Assembly (NCBI GenBank): GCA_963575745.1
Contig: CAUYUJ010000153.1
Span: 62,001 to 117,500 of the forward strand
From: Prorocentrum cordatum
Lineage: Eukaryota
Direction: 5' to 3'
DNA length: 55,500 nucleotides
In this document: piece after piece, positions 44,301 to 55,500 of the stretch
How the letters are laid out: every line of letters starts with the position of its first letter
How positions within the stretch are numbered: position 1 is the stretch's first letter
Program-made: the position numbers and the translations under genes
The notes under the pieces: generated by a model
The model's input: only the letters and a program-made list of their open reading frames with translations
Told to the model about the DNA's origin: nothing
The model's database searches: none

Positions 44301-45849
44301 CGATCTTGGGCGACCTGGATCGACCCGATGGCGGCTCGCGGCCCTCTCGGAACATATTGCCGACCATCTTGGGGCCGCCCGTGCCGCGCGGAAGCGCGCC
44401 TGCCGAAATGGGGCCGTCTTCCGCCGTCTGCCGCCGGCTTCCGCCGGCGCAGGGCGGGGAGGAGGCGCAGGGGGGCAATCCGGAGGAACGGGGGAAAAGG
44501 AGTAGAGGATAACGACGGGGATTCAACAGGAGGGCACGGCAGAAAGCAAGGATGACGAGGGGGGGGAAGGACGAGAGGGGGAGGGGGGACGGGAGGGGGA
44601 ATGGGGAGTGAAAGGAGGAGGTGGGGGAGGAGCAGGACGGGGGGGATCGATGGAAGAGGCGGGGGATCACGGGGGGGGGGGGAGGTTGTAGGCCGCGTCT
44701 ACCTCCTCTGGACTCATCCGGGCCGTCCTGCGGCGACTCTTGCTGCCCCACCGGGGCGTGTTGAGCGTTCTGCGCCCCGCAAAAGCGTGGGCACGAACGC
44801 CATTTCCATCTCTTTTGTCTCGGCAGAATAATGGGGCCCCGGGGGCGCCTCCGTTGACCATGATCATCCGGTCTGCGGGCGCCCGTGCTGCTTTCGAACA
44901 GTTCCGGATACTTTAGGAGCCCTTGGGCGATCGCATCGTGCTTTCGACCTTCTCATATGGTCATTTTTAGCCATGTCGGCCGTCTGCGGGGGCTCTGAGA
45001 AAAACCAAGCGAAGAACGTTGGAAGGGTCAAATGTTTGACTTTCTCCGAACGTGGAATCGTTGCAATTCGGACCCTTTTTCCCCGACCTCGAGGAGGGGT
45101 TCCCGTTCAGTGCCCCCCTGGGGGGACTGGGGGGAACCCCCGGGCCTCCCTCCCGGCCGCGGGGGGGGGGCCCATCCCGATCCGCGCGCGGGCACAAGGA
45201 CGTGAGGGTCGGGAGCAAGTACAATGTTCAGATACGCCACGGGGCACGACCTGCGCGCGGGCACATATCGCGATGGTTGGGAACTATATATAGCGATGCT
45301 AAGGTGTTAAAATTCGCCGAGTGGTGCGATCCGTGACCGGGCACAGGGATCGTAAAGGCCGGGGGTAAGATTGGACGATGTTTAAACCCGTCGACGGCGC
45401 GATTTACGAGCAGGCAAAAAGATCGCGAGGGTTGGGTGTCCTCCAGGCGCCTGCGACACGGCCGCAGGACCCGCGCTGTGGGCGCCCACGTATCATAGCG
45501 GAAACGCGCCATGCAATGATGCGCAATGCAGCGGCCAACGTCACGGCGCACCGCGGAGCGCCGCTTTTTGCGCGCATGATGTGTGAGATTTTTGCGACAC
45601 GCGCATGGAATCTGTGTGAGTGGGCCTTAGGGACAAGATCTGATGCATGCGTTATGATAACGGTGGGACAGCCCAAGTGGTGGCAATAAAGACACTCGCG
45701 CGATGCATGGGTGGCGGTTGGCCCCGGTCCAAGTTGGGGCGCGCGCGCGACAACGCCACCCTTCGGCGCCACCAAAGCAAATTTCAAAAAAAATGCAAAA
45801 ATATTGTGTCGGAGCTTCGGTTTTGTTTCCTGGTGGGCGCAAGACCTGA
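38366..45849. mobile_element. 7,484-bp non-coding insertion flanked by ATCAGG direct repeats, containing a ~2.5-kb internal direct duplication
   Basis: ATCAGG at 38360-38365 and 45850-45855; removing the insert restores the Copia frame ...NHKTRLMFCQQVYLEQ. Internal repeats at 38754-~41425 and 42683-~45065. Confidence 0.8.
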
Positions 45850-46270
45850 ATCAGGCGCGTCTTGTGGTTGTCCGAGCGCCGCTGCTGCGACTTCTCTTTG
45901 TCCTCGTCGGTATTGCAGCCTCGCTCCTGCATCATCGACCAGAGCTTGCACTCAGGACTCAACCATATATCGTCCGGTTGCTCCTCGTCGACCAGAGCGA
46001 AGAACTTCTTCTGGGTCATGGGCTCGTTGAAATCCCAGCCGTTGTGTACTCCGGGCGTCCTGGCCTGGCGTCCGCGCCTCCTCAGCTCCGTCGTCAACTC
46101 AGACTTGCCGCCGTGGACCCCCCATATCTTGCGCGTGCCCTTTTGAACGTCCTTCGCCTCCTGCAAATCCTGCTTCACCCCCCTGGTGGCTGACTCGAGG
46201 GGCGCTCGGAACTTGCGCAGCTGCTTCGCGCCGAGGTCCTTGGCGATGTAGGCGCCATTCGTCTTTCGCA
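45850..46270 (-). pseudogene. N-terminal half of the Copia element's DNMT-like domain
   Basis: KIWGVHGGKSE (decayed motif I), NGWDF, and DDIWLSPECKLWS (motif IV-like) in ORF 45627..46517. Confidence 0.75.
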
Positions 46271-46689
46271 TCCCGGGGCCTGGTGCGGCGGGTTCGGAAG
46301 GGGGGGGGGGCCTGGCCGGCCCCGGCTGAACGCGCCGCGGGCCTCGCGACGGGCCACGAGGGCCCCAAGAGGCCCACGAGATGGTCCAAGAGGGCCCCGA
46401 GTCGCCGATGGATCGTTCCACGACGCCCAAGACGGACCCCAGACGGCCCACGAGGCGCCCGACGCGCCCGAAGCGGCCCCCAAGAGGCGCCACAAGAGGG
46501 CCCCCAGAAGCACACATCGCCCCATTTCCTCAGGGGAGCGCAAGATTTTAGCACACTCGCCGCTTGGGCTTTCACAACGTCCAAGACGGCCCACAAGGGC
46601 TCCAAGGTCGCCCCAGCGGCCCAGGCCCCCTCCTCTTTTCTTCCCAAGGTGTCTCGAGGCGTCTCAAGTTCTGCGCGCGTAAAACTATA

Positions 46690-47600
46690 TCAGCTGCATC
46701 GTGCGGCGGTCCTCGCCGCTCCTGCAGCCAAGGGTCTGACGTGCCCCTCCTTATTCGCCTGTCGGCACAAGGCCCTGTCTTCTCTGTCCAAGGGGTCCAC
46801 AAGGTCGTCGGGGAGAGGCTCTATAGCCCCCGAGCGCAGCATCTCTGCGCGCGGGTTTTGGGGGGGGGCCCGAGAGGCGACGAATGCAGCGGAAACGCTG
46901 CCGCAAAGTCAGTTTGGCACGCCGGGCAAACGCCGTCCGCCTTTGACGTGCCTCCTCGCTTCACTCCTGACGCCGCGAACGTCTCGCTGGTGCTGCACGA
47001 GCCCCGACCTAGTTGCGAATGCTCGGCGGCTGGGCCCCGGGCGCAGTCGCAAGCAGAAGGGGGCTGCACCTCTTGCGGCGCGGCGCAGCTGTAGCGCTTA
47101 CTCTCCGCGAAAAGAATCACGTCTACGATATTGTGCCAGCTCTGGTCTGCCCTGCAGATCAAAGCCAACCGCTACCCTGCGTTGTGCCCAGATCAAAGCC
47201 AACCAAGCTCTGGACGCCGGATGCTCAGTTTTTGCACGGTGATAAGGTCTTCAAGCACCACCCGCGCATATGGCCTCGTTTCCCCGCTGCGCGTCGACGA
47301 CTGCAACGCCAGCAGCTGCGTTCTCCCCGAGAGGAGGAGCCTCCACAGGTGCCGCAGTCTAGCCTGCATTGCAAATTAATATATGGATGCTGCTCCGAAA
47401 AATTGCCTCACTTGCAGGCGCGCGCCCTGCCCGGGGCCAAACCAGACGCGCCTCAACACTCTCATGTAAACATGGTTCAACGCGCGCGCGAAATGTACGT
47501 CTGGCGCGACAGCGTGCGCATGGAACATCAGCTTGGTCAGTGCGCGCAACTGATATGTTCGGAGCACCAAAAAACACGGATCGCAATCCCAGACCCCTTG
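46690..47600 (-). mobile_element. Degenerate non-LTR retrotransposon (LINE) 3' fragment: post-RT region plus C2H2-like fingers
   Basis: Across frames: LTKLMFHAH...LNHVYMRVLRRV, FATRSGLVQHQRDV, CPACQTDF and LDREDRALCRQANKEGH. Confidence 0.55.
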
Positions 47601-47639
47601 GAGTCATGATGTTTCCATGCGAATCATGCAAACACACTA

Positions 47640-47810
47640 TCACAGTACATCACCACCATTGCACTTATCATCATCGATCTTCAGCATCAACGCCGAACAT
47701 CATTGACCATCACCAGCATCATCATCCTCCTCATCATCATCATAATCATCATCATCGAGCATCACCATCCTCATCATCATCACAAGATCACCAGGATCAT
47801 CACCGATCAT
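47640..47810. repeat. Imperfect (CAT)n tract
   Basis: Directly visible. Confidence 0.8.
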
Positions 47811-49102
47811 GTGCATTTGCGAATATGCCCTGCATGCGCCTCCGACCTTTTCCGCCGCGCGAGCAAGCGGCTGCTATTTCAGCGTGAGCACGCGGCACGA
47901 TCGCGCCCACGTGTCGACCGCGAGGGACGGCGCGTTATCACACCGATATATGCCTCGATATTGTAGCCACACGCAACGCGCGGCGCCGTTGCTCCTGAGC
48001 TAGGGCCTGGAACGGCAATAGGCCGTGGGGGAGGAGAAAGGAGGGGGGAAATTTGTCCAAACATGTTGGCGATGGATATCTCCGCTCTCGTGCCTGCGCC
48101 CCCACCGCAAGTGGAAGGATGGAAATAGGGGGGGGGGGGGGGGGGAGGGCGCGATTTCCTCGAATAATCAGCTGCGCGGTACGTATATCTGCGCGGAGGC
48201 GCGCCACCCCCACTCAGCCCCTAAATTAAGCCTCGCGGGAGCTGATCAGCCGGAAGGGGGATCGGAGGCGAGTAGAAATTGGGCGGAGAGAGGTGGGGGG
48301 GATGGGTGCTATTTCAAAAAAGCCCACGGTCGCAATGTCGGCGACGCTCATCTCGAGCTGCATCGGGCGACATCCTGCGATCACCCAGACCCCCGACGTC
48401 GTGATTTGTTCACAGCGTCGACCCTCAAAGGCCCGTCGCCCCCGAGGCCCAGCGAGAACCCCCAGAGGCCGAACATAGCGAAAAACCTCCCGTCGTGATT
48501 TTTTCACGCCGCCAGGAGGTCTGGGGTCTGAATCTGAAGGGCGGCCACATAATGGGCCCATCTCGCGACAGCGGCCTTTCCAAAACATATGGTCGCAAAC
48601 TCCTTGGTCTGATCTCGCGCTGCGCCCCCGGGCGCGCGTCGCTGCGTCGGGCGAGCGATGCGGGGGGCGAGGTGGGGGGATGGAATAGGAGGGTGGGTCG
48701 TAATATTTCCTCGAAGTTGCGCGTGCGCATGCGTTGGCCACGCGTCGGCGCGCGCCCCCGCGCCAAGCCCTCGCTGCGCGGGTCGAACCGGATCGAGGGG
48801 GGGGGGGGGGGGCGAGAAATTGGCAGGCGCAGCGTGGGCGGCCCTTCTGCATTAATGCAGCGGCCAGCTTCACGTGCGAATTCGCCGAGAAGGGAAAGGA
48901 GAGGAAATTATGATAGGAAAACGCGCAGGGGCGAAGGCGTGGACGTGGAGGTTGGCGGGGCGAGGGCGGCGGTTCCAATCGGAGCGTGGGCGAGGAGGGA
49001 GAGAGGCGGCCTGGGGGCCTGCTGCTCGCCCCGAGCAGTGCCGTGCCAGAGCGGCGGCTGATATTATTCAGCCTGCGATCGCTCGAATCGGAATGGGATG
49101 GA

Positions 49103-49900
<798 letters not shown>

Positions 49901-50117
49901 GCACTGTGCGCGCGGGCGGGGCTGGGGCGCAGCGCCGCCGCCCTCCCGCTCAAGGCCAGAAGCTCGCCGTGATCGTCGGCGCCTCGCGAGGAGCAAGGCC
50001 GAAAAAAGTGGACTGGGGAGGGGGGGGGGGGGGTCGACGCCTCGGGTGCCCTTCGCGCGCTGGGCGCTAGCATGCGAAAAATGTAATCGAGCATGTGGGC
50101 CACCAGCGCGCCGAGGT

Positions 50118-50200
50118 CCGCATCCCGCCGCGAGTCGATCACCAGCGCCAGGGTCACCGCATCCCGCCGCGAGTCGATCACCGCATCCCGCCGCGAGTCC
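50118..50200. repeat. Three copies of CCGCATCCCGCCGCGAGTC
   Basis: Directly visible. Confidence 0.8.
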
Positions 50201-51067
50201 CCCATGCACACCAGCGCTGTGTGGTGTCGATCCCGTTCAAGAGGGAAGGTGGCAAAACAGCAGACTCGCTCGAGATCCCACGGATCCCACGACGAGAAAT
50301 TCCCAGGGCGCACATATGATTGTTACTTTTCTGGGCTGCCCCAGGGCTAATAGATCTTTCTTGATGAAAACATCGCGACGGGATGTTGTTCTGGCCTCGG
50401 GCGGCCCTTCCCTGGGGACTTCAAAAAAATACTCAGGGCGAGAAGCCGGCCTCGGGGAATGGGTCGAGACCTCAGGGTCGGCGCAATGGACAAATCATGA
50501 CGTCGGGGCGAGACGCCGGAACCTGGATCCGCGCATCCTCGCGCGCCCCGAATCACAGGGGATCTAGTCTGGGCGTTGGGAAGGAGCGGGGGGGGCGAGG
50601 AGGCAGGGGGGGGGGAGGAAGGGGGGGGGGGGGGGGGGGATGGAGGGGGGCAGGAAGAGAGGGAAGAGAGGGCGGCAGGAAGGAGGAGGGGAAACGGGGA
50701 GACGAGACACCGAGCCCCTTGGCCGAGGGGGGAAAGCTGGCAGGGGGAGAAGGGGGCGGGGGGGCATGAAGGACGATCCCGCGCTTTCTCCTCCAAGCCA
50801 ACTGGGGGCCTCGAGCGCCTCTCCTTGGTCCAGGCCAAGGCCCGCGCGTCGCAGATTGTCGTGGAGGGAAACCTCGCTAACCACGAAACATTTGTATCAT
50901 GTAATAGATTACACTTGCATATACACACAGACGCTCTCATCCGAAAGGCACGTTGAACAACCCGAACGAGGAGGCGAACATGTTCACTCATGGAGACAGC
51001 CGCCGTTTCCCTTCGCGGCGGGGGCAGATTTTACATCAGGTCCTGTACAGTCGAGGTTCCCCAGAGA

Positions 51068-53330
51068 TCACAGCAACTCTGGGATAACCTTCCCCAAGAA
51101 CCCGGCATGAAATGTGGCCCGGCCGCGAAGGGAAACGGCAACCGTCTTCATGGGCCGATTCTCCGCCTCGTCGGGGCACGTCCAATACGCCCTCGGATTT
51201 CCCTTCTCGACGCACTGCTCCGCGAGGTGCACGGCCGCGTGAAACTTAAACACCTGGCGTCCTTTGTACTCCCCCCAGGCGTCCAGGAGCTGTAGCATGT
51301 TCCTCTGAAACAAAGGGATTGCGCATTCGCACGCATGGAGGGGGGAAGGAGGGGCCGCGGCGGGAAGGGGGAGGAGAGGGAGAGCGGACAGGGTAAATAA
51401 CGGAGGGGGCAGGGAAGGAGAACGGGCCCGAGGGGGCCCAGGGGTGATCACGGATGATGAGTAATGATCGAGGCGGATCCAACAATATACGCGGCGCACG
51501 AGGACGAGCCGAGTCCAGCAAAACGCGGGCGACAGCGGGTAGAATTGTGAACGCGCGTCCCCTTCTTGCCAATGGGGCGCGTCAGCGGATACTTGGCTCA
51601 TGTGGCGGGGTTCCCCCTCCTGGGCCTTATATGCATCATTAAGAAAAGTGCGGGCGGCGACTCAGCGCTGCCTCCGCGGGCCCAGAAACCTCAAGGACTC
51701 GCCGCGTAGCTGCGGCAGCGGACCTACTAGGTGACGTGTCTCTGCAGCTCTCGCCCGGAGCCTGGCTTTGTTGGGCTGCCTCTCTGGGGGCTGGAACGTC
51801 TCCAGTGAGATGCGGCCGATCGTGCTTTTGTTGTGCTGCTTCGTGCCCGCCCCGATGCCGATGTAGTAGGCCTTCATCCGCCGTCGCAGGTGTAGCAGGT
51901 TGTCGCGTAGGCGCATGGTTGTCCTTTCTCCTGGGACCTACAGAAATTATTCTTGACCAATTGCCAACATACTTGCCCGATCACCCATTGGCTCACCCCC
52001 AGGCCCATCACGTGAATTGCGTCCACTACCAAAGTGTCCGCGGACGCGCCACGCCTTGTACAGTCAGCAGAGGGGCTACCAAGTCCAAACCAGATGAATT
52101 CTTTGAAACAACAAAAAATAAATTCCGCCGGTGTCTCTACATCTTTCAGCAAGTGGACGTCGTTAACAAATTCGTTCTCCACCAAGCGAAATCCTGCCTT
52201 CAACTCCAGCTCGGGGAAATTCTTCCAAAGGCTAAAGCCGCCGAAATCAGGGTCCAAACGCATATGTGTGATGAGCCTGCGGAGCACCGCAGCACTACTG
52301 ATGGTGACCTTTTTTTCCATGCACGCGGCAACCATCTCCCTATACTTGTTTGCATCTTTTCTGGTCCAGGTAGCGTCGTCAAGTGTTGCTGGATGGCAGA
52401 AGAGGTCCTTTTTCTCGATGTCGCAGAAGCTGCACGGATGCTTTGCGTTCTGCCAAGTTTTGAATCCGAAAGCAGCCGTCAGCTCTAGCAGATCACACCT
52501 TATCTCCGTGACTGCAGCCCTCCACCCGCCCGCCAGATCGAACCCTCGTTTGAGAGCCCGCTCCTCGTCGAGTGGCAGGTTCTGGTGGTTACTCCCTGGC
52601 CGCGCGCCCGTTGCCATGACGTTAAGCGACCAGGCCAGCGCGCGGCTGATCTGGCCGAACGCGCAGTGGCCATGGCACTCACACTTGCACACGTCTTGCT
52701 TTCTCACGGCACAAATCATAAATCGTTGTTTTGTCATTGCGTTTGACATGCACGATATGACAAATGTGCCCCGCTTGGACCAAGGGACCCCGTCACTGAA
52801 ATAGCCCGCCGACGCTGTCCTGGCTGGGTTCTCGCGCACGACAGCGTGCCCAGAGAATCCCATAGGCCACTCCTCCACATTAAAATTGAGAGGGCCCCGC
52901 TCGTGGGGGGCAGCTGCCCAGCTTTTGGCAAACTGTTCGCGCGGTAGGTTCATTGGAAACTTGATATGTGCACGGGCGTCTTTCTCTGTATCCCAGACAA
53001 GGAGGTCGATGCAATAGAAATTGCACTGGCCCGAGACGCCCGACGTTCCGCTGCGCGGGCAGATTGCGAGGGGTTCAGTGCAAGGTCGCCCACGCCCGCG
53101 GCCCCCGCCATCATTGAATGAAAGCATATTGATGAAAGATCCACTGCGCTCAAACGACCCCCCTTACACTTGGACAAGAGGAACCTCCGAAGCCCTGCCC
53201 CTCCATCGCGCTCGGCCTCGGGGGCCCCCGATGTTGCTGGAGCCCCGACGCTGGCGCCCGCCTGTCTCCGAGGGCCGCTGCCTTCCGAACCCTTCGCCGC
53301 GATTCTCGCTGCGCCCGCTCTCCCCGACAT
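51068..53330 (-). pseudogene. CACTA/EnSpm (CMC, Plavaka-like) transposase pseudogene with one probable intron (~51305-51565)
   Basis: YFSDGVP, CKCECHG, IRCDLLE...HPCSFC, VDAIHVMGLG, AAETRHL, KFHAAVHL and GNPRAYWTCPDEAEN across ORFs 52950..53330, 51874..53127, 51662..51916 and 51068..51601; frameshifts and a stop. Confidence 0.75.
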
Positions 53331-55143
53331 GGGAATGGCGAGTCCGAGGTGCGCGCAGATAATCGCAGAAGAACCCCCATCTTGACAGAAATCGGGCTAC
53401 ATACCCGAAAATGCTCATTCTCAAGTCCGCCTCCCCCTCCTAACAGGAATGCAATGCCTGCCGCGCGTCGGCGCGGCCTCCAATCCATCCGAGAACGCGG
53501 CGAAGTGACCGGTGGATCCTCGCGCGACGGCGCCGTCACGTTGAACCCCAATCCTTTACCCCCCCCCCCCCCCCCCTTCTCTCACCTCGCCCTCGGAAAA
53601 GCAGGCTCGACAGGTCTTCTGGCAGAAGTGCGCAACACCTGATATGGGAAGTCAACTGAAGTGCAATATGGATCAGCCATCTTCCCATTCATCCATCGCC
53701 CCTCCCCCCCCGTTCGCCCCCCCCCCAGGGGGCCTGGGCTTATGGGGGTGGGCTTTGGATGCGAGGGCGCGCGTCAGCATCAGCCCTGGATTCCCAGGCC
53801 TATGCGCCTTGCCAGCGCCGCCCCCCCCGAACGAACTCCACCCTCGCAAGCGTGGCTCCGTCATTTTGCGAACCGATCAAGCAGGCTCGGGGCCCCGCTC
53901 TCCAAGTCCACTCCTGCGAATCCTCGCCCTCCTCCTCCATTATTCCTGCGCATCATTTCCTTTCCTCCTCCTTCTCATCTTTATGTCCCTTCGCAATGCC
54001 GCGCAACCATTTCGCTCTCCGCGCGAGCATCTCCGCGCCTGAATGTTCCTCCGCGCCCGCGCGCGCTCGCGAGCGCGCGCGCTAGCACAGGGCGGGATAT
54101 CTGCACCAATGTCACTCCGCTCGGGCAGCGAACCGTCTAGAATGAGCCGCCATCGTCATCATTATTCTACTTCCTCCCCATCTTCCTCCTGCCACCTCCT
54201 CTCCTCATTACCCCCCTTCCTCTACTTTCGTATGTCCGTTCGTACCGTCGTAATCGCGTGTTCCTCTACTGCCGCAACCCCTGTCTCCCCCTGCCTACTC
54301 TACCTCTCCTTTCTCCCCCTTGCCACCCGAATTCGGACGGTTTCGATGATCTTCCAGACCCAACTTGGGCCTCGCAAGGGGATCCCAGGCCCGACGAGGG
54401 CCCTGCCCTACTTCAACGCGCCACGAGCCGCGAGTGGCACACAGGCCCAACTAGGGCCCAGCCTGGGGCCAACGTGCCGCGGGCCACCGGCCTATTGCTT
54501 GCTGATTGCCTTCGTCGCCGCCTCCATCGACTCCGCGATGGGCTCGACGTTGGCCCAGGCCCTCTCCGCCCGGGGGGGCGGACAGGGAAGGGTCAGAGGC
54601 TAAGAGTTCCGGAACAGGGCGGGGGGGGACGGGGCGGGCAGTCGGGTCGGGTAGGTAGGGCAAGAGGGCTGAGCACGGTAGGAGTCGGACAAGGAGGCAG
54701 GGGGGCAGGGCATGAGCGCAAGAGGGTATAGGAAGGTAGGGTGGAAAGGGTAGAGTAGCAGAATGAGAGGGTAGCGGAATATGCGACGAGGAGCGGGAGC
54801 GCGGGCGATAAGGGAGGGGGAAGAGCATCGATTCAGAGGAATGCTGGGGCGGATGAGTGGGCTGGGATGAGTGTTCAAGAAAGATGGGAATCGAGAGCAT
54901 CGATGGGGATACGAGGGCAAAGATGAGAAGTAGGAGGATGAGGAGGAAGCAGCAGGAGAAGGGGGACGACGAGGGATGATGAGGAGGAGGGGCACGGAGG
55001 AGGCACATGAGGATGAAGGGGGAGGGGATGGAGGTTTTCAGGTTTCGAGACTGCCGCGCAGGCCCTCAAGAAAAACCTCGAAGTTTTTCTATGCAGATAT
55101 CTTTCTGACTGGGTCTCCTCGCAGGGCGTAAAGTGTAAGAGAG

Positions 55144-55445
55144 GTGTGCGTGCGTGCGTGCGTGTGCGTGTGCGTGTGCGTGTGCGTGTGCGTGTGCGTG
55201 TGCGTGTGCGTGTGCGTGTGCGTGTGCGTGTGCGTGTGCGTGTGCGTGTGCGTGTGCGTGTGCGTGTGCGTGTGCGTGTGCGTGTGCGTGTGCGTGTGCG
55301 TGTTCGTGTGCGTGTGCGTGTGCGTGTGCGTGTGGGTGTGCGTGTGCGTGTGCGTGTGCGTGTGCGTGTGCGTGTGCGTGTGCGTGTGCGTGTGCGTGTG
55401 CGTGTGCGTGTGCGTGTGCGTGTGCGTGTGCGTGTGCGCGTGCGC

Positions 55446-55492
<47 letters not shown>

Positions 55493-55500
55493 TGTGTGTG
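55144..55500. repeat. (TGCGTG)n / (TGCG)n microsatellite
   Basis: Directly visible. Confidence 0.97.

Noticed and set aside
38366..45849. Insertion as an LTR retrotransposon or Helitron
   Set aside because: The direct repeats are internal and lack TG...CA ends. TC...CTGA resembles Helitron termini, but duplicated bases at the junction are not expected for Helitrons and I saw no clear 3' hairpin.
53640..55070. ORFs of 100-190 aa upstream of the CMC-like gene
   Set aside because: Low-complexity purine/pyrimidine tracts with no recognisable motifs or resolvable exon chain.

Overview
Eukaryotic, GC-rich, repeat-dominated DNA, most likely dinoflagellate (inference from GA-AG and GC-AG introns with AG|G junctions, relics of the dinoflagellate spliced leader DCCGTAGCCATTTTGGCTCAAG, and retroelements carrying C5-methyltransferase-like domains). 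Most listed ORFs are spurious GC-rich or microsatellite read-throughs. From left to right: (1) a 7-exon hAT-like DDE transposase gene on the minus strand (5708 to <1) that only appears after splicing; (2) two divergent genes for Gly/Lys/Tyr/Asp (GGKG-YYD) low-complexity proteins, then an array of nested palindromes; (3) a decayed multi-ORF CACTA/EnSpm(CMC)-like DNA transposon whose intronless transposase has a spliced-leader relic at its ATG; (4) a 3'-truncated DIRS-like retroelement (gag-like, CCCH, putative OTU-like, DNMT-like, RT) abutting an 837-bp (TAG)n tract; (5) a SAM-dependent methyltransferase gene with a spliced-leader relic, probably a retrogene; (6) satellite and CCAAGA-rich repeats; (7) a decayed Copia-like element whose DNMT-like domain is split by a 7,484-bp non-coding insertion flanked by ATCAGG repeats; (8) a LINE 3' fragment; (9) a tail-to-tail pair of CMC-like transposase pseudogenes; and microsatellites. 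All family calls come from motif recognition by eye; no searches were run.
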